Positions 38,052-47,339 of a stretch of 64,000 bases of DNA are shown one piece after another. The stretch is from Parvibaculum sp. (GTDB taxonomy: Bacteria > Pseudomonadota > Alphaproteobacteria > Parvibaculales > Parvibaculaceae): the NCBI RefSeq assembly GCF_040882025.1, contig NZ_JBBECC010000152.1, forward strand, positions 4,715 to 68,714, read 5' to 3'. A model generated the notes under the pieces. It was not told where the DNA came from. It saw nothing but the letters and a program-made list of their open reading frames with translations, and made no database searches. Made by a program: the position numbers and the translations under genes. Every line of letters begins with the position of its first letter. Positions within the stretch are counted from its first letter, which is position 1.

Positions 38052-38912
38052 ATGCAGACGAGCGACACCGAAGCCAGGGCGCAAACCTTTCAGGCGATGC
38101 ATAAGTCCGGTCCGGGCTTCATCATGCCCAATGCCTGGGACGCCGGCAGCGCCATGCTGCTCGCCGCCACGGGCTTCAAGGCGATAGCGACCACCAGCGG
38201 CGGCATCGCCTTTTCGCTCGGCAAGCAGGACTATCAGGTGTCGGACGCATCGCTCGGCGTGACGCGCGAGGAAATGTTTGTCCGCATGCGCGAAATCGTC
38301 CAGGCGGTGCCCCTGCCGGTCAACGGCGATCTCGAAGCCGGTTACGGCGACAGCCCGGAAGCGGTCGCCGAAACCATCGGCATGGCGATCGAGGCGGGCC
38401 TCGCCGGCGGTAACATCGAAGACAAGAAACCGCTCAAGCCCGTTCTCTATGATGACGCGCTGGCCGTCGAACGCATCGCCGCCGCCCGCGCCGCGATAGC
38501 AAAACGAAAGAGCGCCTTCGTCCTGACCGCGCGCACCGACGCGTTTCTGGGCAAGTCGTCAGACCCGCTGGGCGCGGCCATCGCCCGCGCCAACCGCTTC
38601 CTCGAAGCGGGCGCCGACTGTGCTTTCGTGACCGGCGTCGCCGACCTGCCGACGATGAAAATTCTGGTTCGCGAGATTGACGGGCCGATCAACATCGTTG
38701 CCGGTCTCGTGAGCACGGAAGGCAATGCCTACGAGATGCTGGAGGCCGGCATCAGGCGCATCAGCCTCGGCGGCTCGATTGCGCGTTCGGCCCTGGGCTT
38801 CATCCACCAATGCGCGCGCGAACTGCATGATAGCGGCACGCTCGGCTTCGCCGCCGATCAGATGCCGCAAGCCGACCTCAACGCGCTCTTCGCGCAGGCG
38901 CGCGCCCGCTGA
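38052..38912 (+). CDS. Isocitrate lyase/PEP mutase superfamily protein
   Basis: PNAWDAGSA, ATTSGG, NGDLEAGYG, GGNIED, LTARTD, EAGADCAF; divergent from the LysR gene. Confidence 0.88.
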   Translation: MQTSDTEARAQTFQAMHKSGPGFIMPNAWDAGSAMLLAATGFKAIATTSGGIAFSLGKQDYQVSDASLGVTREEMFVRMREIVQAVPLPVNGDLEAGYGDSPEAVAETIGMAIEAGLAGGNIEDKKPLKPVLYDDALAVERIAAARAAIAKRKSAFVLTARTDAFLGKSSDPLGAAIARANRFLEAGADCAFVTGVADLPTMKILVREIDGPINIVAGLVSTEGNAYEMLEAGIRRISLGGSIARSALGFIHQCARELHDSGTLGFAADQMPQADLNALFAQARAR

Positions 38913-38944
38913 CCCGGCCACCCGCAAACACAAGAGCTTGTTCA

Positions 38945-39298
38945 ATGACCAGATCGACCAGCGTCGCCCGCGTGGCGCGCACCCCTGAGCCGCCATACTA
39001 CGCGGTCTCCACGACGACTGAACTCGGCCCCGGCTTTGACGAGGACGCCTATTTCAAACTGGCGACCGAACTCTATGGCCGCGCCGGCGAGATCGGCGGC
39101 TTTCTCGGCCTCGAGGCTTTCTTCCAGGACGGCGCCTCGGTTGCGATCACCTATTGGGAGAGCCTTGAGGCGATCCAGCGCTGGCGCGACGATCCGCGCC
39201 ACATGGCGGCGAAGCACAAAGCCAAAACGGTATGGTTCGGTCCCACCATCACCCGCATCGCCCGTGTCGAGAGGGACTACGGGTTCAATCTGGAATAG
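38945..39298 (+). CDS. Antibiotic biosynthesis monooxygenase (ABM) domain protein
   Basis: PYYAV, GFLGLE, ITYWESLEAI..WR...H..A, RIARVERDY. Confidence 0.8.
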   Translation: MTRSTSVARVARTPEPPYYAVSTTTELGPGFDEDAYFKLATELYGRAGEIGGFLGLEAFFQDGASVAITYWESLEAIQRWRDDPRHMAAKHKAKTVWFGPTITRIARVERDYGFNLE

Positions 39299-39416
39299 GC
39301 GCGTCGCCATCCGGTGTTCCGCTTCACGGAATACCCGCAATCGTCGCTTGTCCTTCGCCCGCCGCACTTGTTTAATGGATAACATTAGAACGGTGCGGAC
39401 CGGGGAGGGGAGTGCG

Positions 39417-41684
39417 ATGAACTACAAGCATCCATCGGGCGAGGAGTTTCACGGCGTCATCGGCCGCACCATCGAGGAGTCGACCCCTTGGTGGCCGGAG
39501 CCGAAGCTCGGCGCCGGCGCCCCTGACGTCGTGATGGTCGTGCTCGACGACACCGGCTTTTCTCATCTCGGCTGCTACGGCTCCACCATCGAAACGCCGA
39601 ACATCGACGCGCTGGCCGCCAGGGGCGCGCGCTTCACCGGCTTCCACACCACCGCGCTCTGCTCGCCGACCCGCGCCTGCCTGCTCACCGGCCGCAACCA
39701 TCACGCGGTCGGCATGCGCGGTGTTTCTAATTTCGATACCGGCTTCCCCAACATGCGCGGCTCGATCCCGAAAAGCGCCGCGACGCTGGCCGAGATCCTG
39801 CGCGACAAGGGCTACGCGACCTTCACCACCGGCAAATGGCATCTCGCGCCGATGAGCGAATGTTCCGCTGCCGGCCCCTTCGCCAACTGGCCGCTGCAAA
39901 AAGGTTTCGACCGCTATTACGGTTTCCTGCAGGGCGAGACCGACCAGTTCTACCCCGAGCTGACGCATGACAATCATTTCATCGACGTGCCGGCCCGTGC
40001 CGAGGACGGCTACCACATCTCCGAAGACATCGTCGACCGTTCGGCGGGCATGATCCGCGACATCGTTTCGCTGGTCCCCGAACGGCCCTTCTTCCTCTAC
40101 ACCGCCTTCGGCGCCATGCACGCGCCGCATCAGGCGCCGCAAAGCTATCTTGACAAATATCGCGGCCGTTTCGACGCCGGCTGGGATGTCGAGCGCGAAA
40201 AATGGTTTGCCCGCCAGAAGGAGATGGGCGTCATCCCGGCGGACACGGCGCTCGCCCCGCGCAATCCTGGCGTTCGTCCGTGGGAAGAGCTTTCGCCGAA
40301 TGAAAAGGCGTTCGCCGCGCGGCTGCAGGAAGCCTTCGCCGCCATGCTCGAACACACCGACCACCAGATCGGCCGCCTGATCGCCTTCCTGAAGGAAGTC
40401 GGCCGCTGGGACAACACGCTGTTCATTCTCTTGTCCGACAACGGCGCCAGCCAGGAAGGCGGACCCACCGGCGTCTTCGATGAGATGAAATGGTTCAACG
40501 GCATCCCTGAAAATGTCGATGCCGCGGTCGCCCGTCTCGACGACATCGGCGGCCCGGAAAGCCACTGCAACATTCCCTGGGGCTGGGCGCAGGCCGGCAA
40601 CACGCCGCTGAAATGGTACAAGCAGAACACGCATGGCGGCGGCGTCCGCGATCCGCTGATCATGCACTTCCCCGCAGGCCTCGCCGCGCCCGGTGCCTTC
40701 CGCCGCCAGTTCTGCCACGCGGTCGACATCGCGCCGACCGTGCTCGATATCATCGGCATCGAAACGCCGTCGGTCGTCGCCGGCGTAACGCAAATGCCGG
40801 TCCACGGCGTCAGCCTGAAGGCGGCGCTGGCCGACCCGGAGGCAAAAGTCGAACGCGCCGCGCAATTCTTCGAGATGCTCGGCCATCGCGGCATCTGGAA
40901 GTCAGGCTGGAAGGCCGTCACGCGCCACGAACAGGGCAAGCCCTTCGACGAAGACCGCTGGGAGCTTTACCACCTCGCCGAAGACTTCTCGGAAATGAAC
41001 GACCTCGCCGCCAGCGAACCCGCGCGGCTGAGGGAACTGATCGACCTCTGGTGGACCGAGGCCGAGGCGCAAGGCGCGCTGCCGCTCGACGATCGCAACG
41101 GCATCGCGCTCTTTGCCGCCTCGCGCCGCCCCGGGATGCCGACCTCGCGCAAAAGCTTCCTCTATCGCCCGCCGGTCTCCCACATCGTCGCCGATGCCTG
41201 CCCGCCGGTCGGACGCGGCTGGCGCATGACCGTCGATCTCATTCATCCGGCGTCGGCCGGCGACGGCGCCCTCGTCGCCCGCGGCAGTATCAATTCCGGC
41301 TTCGTGCTCTACATCAAGGAAGGCCGCCTGCATTTCGACTACAACTGCTTCCACGATCACACGCGCGTCTCGGATGCCGCATCGCTGTCGCCCGGTGTGC
41401 GCAACGTCGAGCTTGTCGTCACCCGCCGCGCCGATGGCGGCGGCGATGTCGCGCTCGCGGTCGATGGCGCGGAAGTGGCCTCGGGCACGATCCCGAAACT
41501 CGTCTTCATGCTCTCCTCGATCGGCATGGACATCGGCCGCAGCCTCGCGCCGGTCAATCGCGACTATGCCGAACCCTTCGCCTATGGCGGCACGATCCGC
41601 ACCGTCGCCTTCGACATCCCCTCGCTCCGTCCGCAACAGGGCGAAGCCGTCGCCCAGGTCCGCGCAGCCTACGCGCAGCAATAG
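39417..41684 (+). CDS. Arylsulfatase (Cys/formylglycine type) with C-terminal beta domain
   Basis: VLDDTG, CSPTRACLLTGR (CxPxR), GKWHL, SDNG, WELYHLAEDFSE. Confidence 0.93.
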   Translation: MNYKHPSGEEFHGVIGRTIEESTPWWPEPKLGAGAPDVVMVVLDDTGFSHLGCYGSTIETPNIDALAARGARFTGFHTTALCSPTRACLLTGRNHHAVGMRGVSNFDTGFPNMRGSIPKSAATLAEILRDKGYATFTTGKWHLAPMSECSAAGPFANWPLQKGFDRYYGFLQGETDQFYPELTHDNHFIDVPARAEDGYHISEDIVDRSAGMIRDIVSLVPERPFFLYTAFGAMHAPHQAPQSYLDKYRGRFDAGWDVEREKWFARQKEMGVIPADTALAPRNPGVRPWEELSPNEKAFAARLQEAFAAMLEHTDHQIGRLIAFLKEVGRWDNTLFILLSDNGASQEGGPTGVFDEMKWFNGIPENVDAAVARLDDIGGPESHCNIPWGWAQAGNTPLKWYKQNTHGGGVRDPLIMHFPAGLAAPGAFRRQFCHAVDIAPTVLDIIGIETPSVVAGVTQMPVHGVSLKAALADPEAKVERAAQFFEMLGHRGIWKSGWKAVTRHEQGKPFDEDRWELYHLAEDFSEMNDLAASEPARLRELIDLWWTEAEAQGALPLDDRNGIALFAASRRPGMPTSRKSFLYRPPVSHIVADACPPVGRGWRMTVDLIHPASAGDGALVARGSINSGFVLYIKEGRLHFDYNCFHDHTRVSDAASLSPGVRNVELVVTRRADGGGDVALAVDGAEVASGTIPKLVFMLSSIGMDIGRSLAPVNRDYAEPFAYGGTIRTVAFDIPSLRPQQGEAVAQVRAAYAQQ

Positions 41685-41724
41685 GGAAGGGCCGCGGTCG
41701 CGCTCATCGTTCGCCACTGTCCGC

Positions 41725-42219
41725 TCACTTCTTGGGCCCCGGCCGGACATAGGGCGCGACCTGGTAGGTCAGCGCGACGCTGGTGCTGACATCGCCGTCG
41801 CCGACCGTCACGGCGGCCTTGTCGAAGGAGGGCGCGCGAAGAAAGCCGATCGCGTTGTTGCTGAAGCCGTAGCCCTCGATTGGGATCCGCAGAATGCTGA
41901 TGTCGAGCAGCCCGTTGTCGTTCTCGTCGTGAAAGACGATGACGCCGTAGCGGCCGGGTGGCAGGTCCGAGATCGCGATCCCCTGCGGCCCCGTCTTGGC
42001 CCGCATCGTCACGCCGACAAGCCGCCCCTTGTCGTTCAGCAACCCGACCTTCGCCGACGTACTGATGGCATCCTCGAAATTGGCGGCGCTGTCATAGAAG
42101 CCGATCATCAGCGCGCCGTCATCCGAGCGCACGCCCGTCACCGTCACCTTGAGATCGCCGGCCCCGGCCGGCAGGGCGGCGAGCGATGCAAAGGCCAGTC
42201 CGGCCGCAAGTCTCCACAT
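41725..42219 (-). CDS. DUF2141 family secreted protein
   Basis: Signal peptide; PGRYGVIVFHDENDNG.LD...GIP.EGYGFSNN-type motif. Confidence 0.88.
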   Translation of the reverse strand: MWRLAAGLAFASLAALPAGAGDLKVTVTGVRSDDGALMIGFYDSAANFEDAISTSAKVGLLNDKGRLVGVTMRAKTGPQGIAISDLPPGRYGVIVFHDENDNGLLDISILRIPIEGYGFSNNAIGFLRAPSFDKAAVTVGDGDVSTSVALTYQVAPYVRPGPKK

Positions 42220-42358
42220 CCTGTTGACGGGCTCCCCCGAAAATATGTCCGGTCCTCAGTCCCGTCTGCAATCTAGCATGAGGCGGACACGCGCAAACGG
42301 CAACATTTGAGGCAGGGGCGCCCCTGACCCGCCGCAATCGCATGGCTATAGTGACGCC

Positions 42359-43858
42359 ATGCGCGATTCGTCTCCGGTTCTTCTCACCACCGCCGAAATG
42401 GCGCGCGCCGACGCGCTGACGATCGCGCGCGGCCGTCCGGGTTCCGTCCTTATGGAGAACGCCGGCCGCGCCGTTGCCGAGGCCATCGCCGCGCGCTTCG
42501 CCGTCGGCCCGGTCGCGGTGCTCTGCGGCCCCGGCAATAATGGCGGCGACGGTTTCGTTGCCGCGCGCCTGCTGGCCGAACAGGGCTGGCCGGTGACGCT
42601 CTTCCTTCTCGGCGCCCGCGAGAACCTCAAAGGCGACGCGGCGGAGGCAGCCGCCCGCTGGCAGGGCCCGGTCCGCCCGCTCGCCGCCGATGCGGGCGAG
42701 GGCGCCTCCCTCGTCATCGACGCGATTTTCGGCGCCGGTCTCGCCCGCGATGTCGAGGGCGTCGTCGCCGAACTGATTGCCCGTATCGCGAAATCGGGCG
42801 TCCCCGTTGCCGCGGTCGACGTCCCCTCGGGCCTCGATGGCGACACCGGCGCTCCCCGCGGGGCCGCCTTCAAGGCGGCGCTGACCGTCACCTTCTTTCG
42901 CCTGAAACCCGGCCACCTGCTGCTGCCGGGCCGTCTTCTCTGCGGCGAGTTGAAGGTTGCCGATATCGGCATCCCGTCCGATGTGCTCGAAGAGATCGCG
43001 CCGCAGACCTTCATCGACCATCCGCCGCTCTGGGCGGCCTCCTTTCCGCAGCCGAAGATCGACGGACACAAATACACACGCGGCCACGCCGTCGTCGTCT
43101 CGGGCGGCGCGGCGCATACCGGCGCGGCGCGTCTGGCCGCGCGCGGCGCCTTGCGGGCAGGGGCGGGGCTCGTCACGGTCGCGACGCCGCCCTCCGCACT
43201 CCTCGTCAATGCGGCGCATCTGACCGCCATCATGCTGGCGCCCTTCGACGGTGCCGACGGCCTGACGCAAATTCTCGAGGACAAGCGCAAGAACGCGCTG
43301 CTCATCGGTCCCGGCGCCGGCGTCGGCGCGGAGACACGCGAGAATGTGCTGGCGGCCCTCCTTTCCGGCGCCACAATGGTGCTCGATGCCGACGCGCTGA
43401 CATCGTTTGCCGAAATTCCGCGCGATCTCTTTGTGGCCATCAAGGGCTATTTCGCCGGTCCCGTCGTGCTGACGCCGCATGAGGGAGAATTCGCGCGTCT
43501 CTTTCCCGATCTCGCGGCCTCCGGCGAAAGCAAGCTCGTCCGCGCCCGCCGCGCCGCCGCCGAAGCGGGGGCCGTCGTCATCCTCAAGGGTGCCGACACA
43601 GTCGTCGCGGCGCCCGACGGCCGCGCCGCCATCAACATCAACGCCGGCGCCGAACTCGCCACCGCCGGGTCGGGCGACGTGCTGGGCGGCATCGTCCTCG
43701 GACTTCTGGCACAGGACATGCCGCCATTCGAAGCCGCCGCCGCCGGCGTCTGGCTGCACGGCGAAGCGGGCGCCGCCTTCGGTCCGGGTCTGATCGCCGA
43801 AGATATTTCCGAAATGCTCCCCTCGGTCCTGCGCGACCTTCGTTCCGAGCTCGGCTGA
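42359..43858 (+). CDS. nnr: Bifunctional NAD(P)H-hydrate epimerase/dehydratase
   Basis: LMENAG, GPGNNGGDG, DAIFGAG, DVPSG, HKYTRG, IGPG, DADAL, TPHEGEF, LATAGSGDVL. Confidence 0.96.
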   Translation: MRDSSPVLLTTAEMARADALTIARGRPGSVLMENAGRAVAEAIAARFAVGPVAVLCGPGNNGGDGFVAARLLAEQGWPVTLFLLGARENLKGDAAEAAARWQGPVRPLAADAGEGASLVIDAIFGAGLARDVEGVVAELIARIAKSGVPVAAVDVPSGLDGDTGAPRGAAFKAALTVTFFRLKPGHLLLPGRLLCGELKVADIGIPSDVLEEIAPQTFIDHPPLWAASFPQPKIDGHKYTRGHAVVVSGGAAHTGAARLAARGALRAGAGLVTVATPPSALLVNAAHLTAIMLAPFDGADGLTQILEDKRKNALLIGPGAGVGAETRENVLAALLSGATMVLDADALTSFAEIPRDLFVAIKGYFAGPVVLTPHEGEFARLFPDLAASGESKLVRARRAAAEAGAVVILKGADTVVAAPDGRAAININAGAELATAGSGDVLGGIVLGLLAQDMPPFEAAAAGVWLHGEAGAAFGPGLIAEDISEMLPSVLRDLRSELG

Positions 43859-44082
43859 GACGGAAGCAAGGCCGTGAAAACGGGGATTACTTTATTTTAT
43901 CTCCGCCCCTTATCCCCGCTGCCGCGCCCTTTGTGACAGTTCCATGACTGTTTGATGACAGAGGGGGTGTTTTCGCGCGCTCGGGCGCTGCTCTTTTGCT
44001 GGCAATCGCCCCAACCCCTTGATATAGAGAGCGCCAAATTGGGGAGCGGCTGGCTCTTGTCGGGCCTCGTCGTCGGCCCATG

Positions 44083-44167
<85 letters not shown>

Positions 44168-44201
44168 GACCGAAACCCCTTTAAATACAATGGATTGGAA
44201 G

Positions 44202-45677
44202 ATGCAGGTCACGGTCACCAACACGGACGGTCTGAAGCGCGAATTGAAGATTCAGGTTCCCGCGCAGGATCTCGAAGCCCGCCTCGGCGTCAAGCTCGAG
44301 GAAATGAAAAACCAGGTTCGCCTCAAGGGCTTCCGTCCCGGCAAGGTGCCGGTCAGCCATCTGCGCAAGACCTTCGGCAAGCAGGTCATGGGCGAAATCA
44401 TCCAGGAAACCGTCGGCGAGTCGAGCCAGAAAGCGCTGGCGGACGAAGCACTTAAGCCTGCCTTCCAGCCGTCGATCGATCTCGAGGGCGAAATCCAGGA
44501 AGTGATGGACGGCAAGGCCGACCTCACTTTCAAGATGAGCTTCGAGGTTGTGCCGACCTTCGAACTGGCAGACTTTTCAAAGGTTTCCATCGAACGCCTC
44601 GTTGCAGAGGTGAAGGATGCCGACATCGATGAAGCGCTGAAGCGCCTCGCCGAAAACCAGAAAAATTTCGAGCCGCGCGCGGAAGGCGCCGCAGCCGAGA
44701 ACGGCGATCTGCTCACCGTCGACTTCGTCGGCAAGATCGACGGCGTTGCCTTCGAGGGCGGTTCGGCGGAAGACGCCAATCTGGAACTCGGCTCAGGCCG
44801 CTTCATTCCGGGCTTCGAGGAACAACTCGTCGGCGCGAAGGCGGGCGAAGAAAAGACCGTCAATGTGACGTTCCCGGCCGAATACGGCGCCGAACAGCTC
44901 GCCGGCAAGGATGCCGTCTTCGAGGTCAAGGTGAAGGAAGTGAAGGCGCCCGCCGAAGTCACGATCGACGACGAACTCGCCAAGCGCTTCGGCTTCGATG
45001 AACTCGCCAAGCTGCGCGAGGCGCTCGCCGAGCAGATCAAGTCCGACTACACCCGCATGTCGCGCATGCATATGAAGCGCGCCATGCTCGACAAGCTCGA
45101 CGAGCTGCACGATTTCGAGCTGCCGCCCACGATGGTCGAGCAGGAGTTCGAGCAGATCTGGAAGCAGTTCGAACACGAACTCAGCCACCAGAACAAGACG
45201 GCCGCCGACCTCGATGAACCCGAGGAAGAAGTGAAGGCCGAATACCGCAAGATCGCCGAGCGCCGCGTCCGCCTCGGCCTGCTGCTGGCCGAAGTCGGCG
45301 AAAAGAACAGCATCTCCGTCACCGAGCAGGAGCTGAACCAGGCGCTCGCCGAACGCGCCCGCCAGTTCCCCGGTCAGGAGCGCCAGCTTTACCAGTACTA
45401 CCAGCAGAACCCGCAGGCCGTTCAGGAACTGCGCGCACCGATCTTCGAAGACAAGGTCGTCGACTTCATAGCCGAGCTGGCCGATGTGACCGACAAGGCC
45501 GTCGACCGCGAGACGCTCTTCGCCGATCCCGAAGCGGAGGAGCACGAGCACGTCCACGACGAGAACTGCGACCACGACCATGACCACGATCATGGCGAAG
45601 CCAAGCCGGCGAAGAAGCCGGCTGCAAAAAAGGCAGCGGCAAAAAAACCGGCTGCAAAGAAAGCCAAGGACGACTGA
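44202..45677 (+). CDS. tig: Trigger factor with His-rich and Lys/Ala-rich C-terminal tail
   Basis: Ribosome-binding motif GFRPGKVP, FKBP domain (FIPGFEEQL...FPAEY). Start 44190 or 44202. Confidence 0.97.
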   Translation: MQVTVTNTDGLKRELKIQVPAQDLEARLGVKLEEMKNQVRLKGFRPGKVPVSHLRKTFGKQVMGEIIQETVGESSQKALADEALKPAFQPSIDLEGEIQEVMDGKADLTFKMSFEVVPTFELADFSKVSIERLVAEVKDADIDEALKRLAENQKNFEPRAEGAAAENGDLLTVDFVGKIDGVAFEGGSAEDANLELGSGRFIPGFEEQLVGAKAGEEKTVNVTFPAEYGAEQLAGKDAVFEVKVKEVKAPAEVTIDDELAKRFGFDELAKLREALAEQIKSDYTRMSRMHMKRAMLDKLDELHDFELPPTMVEQEFEQIWKQFEHELSHQNKTAADLDEPEEEVKAEYRKIAERRVRLGLLLAEVGEKNSISVTEQELNQALAERARQFPGQERQLYQYYQQNPQAVQELRAPIFEDKVVDFIAELADVTDKAVDRETLFADPEAEEHEHVHDENCDHDHDHDHGEAKPAKKPAAKKAAAKKPAAKKAKDD

Positions 45678-45699
45678 GCCGCGCGTCGAAGCGCTGTCG

Positions 45700-45733
45700 G
45701 ACAAGGCCCGGAGCTCCCCTCCGGGCCTTTGTC
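45700..45733 (+). terminator. Probable rho-independent terminator of tig
   Basis: GACAAGGCCCGGAG-CTCCC-CTCCGGGCCTTTGTC followed by GTTT. Confidence 0.7.
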
Positions 45734-45864
45734 GTTTCAGCCGCCGCATTCCGGTCACAATCGGCGACGGTCGCATTAAGAATTTGTTAGCAAAAAACTT
45801 TGCCCGCGAGCCCAATTACCTGTTGCACAGACTCGTCGATACCTATATCCCCGCGCATCACAAG

Positions 45865-45960
45865 ACGCACACGCACGTGCCGCTGGCCCCTGGTAGGTTT
45901 ATGCAACGACGGAAGCGTCCTTTTTGGATCACGCCGGTCTGAGTACCGGGTCTGAAAAAG
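45865..45960 (+). ncRNA. Putative speF-like cis-regulatory leader
   Basis: Directly 5' of a fold-III decarboxylase, the known context of the alphaproteobacterial speF leader (Rfam RF00518). Motif resemblance is from memory only. Confidence 0.4.
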
Positions 45961-45970
45961 GGTGTTGACG

Positions 45971-47254
45971 ATGTTCGCCTCAGAGCAGGGCCGCCGTGCC
46001 CGTTCGCGCCTCTCTTCCAAAGCAATCGCGAAATCCGCGCCGTCCTCGAAGACGGTCAAGGGCCGCAAGCCGCGCCTGCGCCTTGTGCCGCAGGCAGCCG
46101 AGCTGCCGACGGAGCGCGGCGGCTTGCCGCCGAAGATCGCCCGCTACGTCGCGACGGCCGAGCTGCCGTCGCCCTGCCTGATCGTCGACGTCGACATCGT
46201 CGCCCACAACTTCGAGGAGCTGGCGCGCTCGCTGCCCGAGGCGCGCATCTTCTATGCGGTGAAAGCGAACCCGGCCGACGAAATTGTCGCGCGCCTGGCC
46301 CGTCTCGGTTCGGCCTTCGATACGGCCAGCATGGGCGAGATCGATTTGTGCCTGTCGCATGGCGTCGCGCCTGAGCGCCTTTCCTTCGGCAACACGATCA
46401 AGAAGGAACGCGACATCGGAGAGGCCTATCGGAAGGGCGTTCGCATGTTCGCCTTCGACAGTGAGCCGGAGCTTGAAAAGATTGCCTGCGTCGCGCCGGG
46501 ATCGAAAGTCTACTGCCGCGTCTTGATGGAATGCGAAGGCGCCGAATGGCCGCTGTCGCGCAAGTTCGGTTGCGAGCCCGCGATGGCCGTCGATCTGCTG
46601 GCAAGCGCCGCGGCGCGCGGCCTCGACGCCTATGGCATTTCTTTCCATGTCGGCTCGCAGCAAACCGATCTCATGCAATATGACAAGGCGCTCGAGCTTT
46701 CGGTCTCGCTCTTCCGCGAACTCGAGACGCGCGGCGTTCATCTGCGCATGGTCAATATCGGCGGCGGCTTCCCGTCGCGCTACCGTACCGAGGTGCCCTC
46801 GATCCCGGCTTATGGCGCGGCGATCCGCGAAGCGCTCACACGCCATTTCGGCGACAACCAGCCGGAAGTCATCGTCGAGCCCGGCCGCGGTGTCGTCGGC
46901 GATGCCGGCGTCATCCAGGCTGAAATCGTGCTCGTGTCGCAGAAGGGTGGCGACGACGACCGACGATGGGTCTATCTCGATGCCGGCAAGTTCCACGGCC
47001 TTGCCGAAACCATGGACGAGGCGATCAAGTATCGCCTGCTGACCTCGCGCGACGGTGGCGAAACTTCACCCGTCGTGCTGGCCGGCCCGACCTGCGACAG
47101 CGCCGACATTCTCTACGAGAAGACGGATTATCGTCTGCCGACGGCACTGGCAGCGGGCGACAAGGTCTGGATCCTAGCCACCGGAGCCTACACGACGACC
47201 TATTCGGCCGTCAGCTTCAATGGCTTTCCGCCGCTCGCCAGCGTCTGTATCTGA
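45971..47254 (+). CDS. Fold-type III PLP ornithine/lysine decarboxylase
   Basis: FYAVKANP, FDTAS, SFGNTIK, SRKFGC, SFHVGSQ, NIGGGFP, EPGR, GPTCDSAD, GAYT. Confidence 0.93.
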   Translation: MFASEQGRRARSRLSSKAIAKSAPSSKTVKGRKPRLRLVPQAAELPTERGGLPPKIARYVATAELPSPCLIVDVDIVAHNFEELARSLPEARIFYAVKANPADEIVARLARLGSAFDTASMGEIDLCLSHGVAPERLSFGNTIKKERDIGEAYRKGVRMFAFDSEPELEKIACVAPGSKVYCRVLMECEGAEWPLSRKFGCEPAMAVDLLASAAARGLDAYGISFHVGSQQTDLMQYDKALELSVSLFRELETRGVHLRMVNIGGGFPSRYRTEVPSIPAYGAAIREALTRHFGDNQPEVIVEPGRGVVGDAGVIQAEIVLVSQKGGDDDRRWVYLDAGKFHGLAETMDEAIKYRLLTSRDGGETSPVVLAGPTCDSADILYEKTDYRLPTALAAGDKVWILATGAYTTTYSAVSFNGFPPLASVCI

Positions 47255-47339
47255 AGCGGTCTACAGCACCCATTCCACAAAACATTTGAGCCCTGCCTTC
47301 GCGCAGGTTGCCGGCCATTTGGCCGGGACGGACAGGCCA

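Noticed and set aside
39036-39416. Upstream in-frame extensions in the ORF track (sulfatase from 39036; similar for the ferritin-like gene, sufD, crotonase, ALDH, MBL, LysR, nuoE)
   Set aside because: They overlap neighbouring genes or lack homology-like sequence. Downstream starts have good SD motifs or stop/start coupling.
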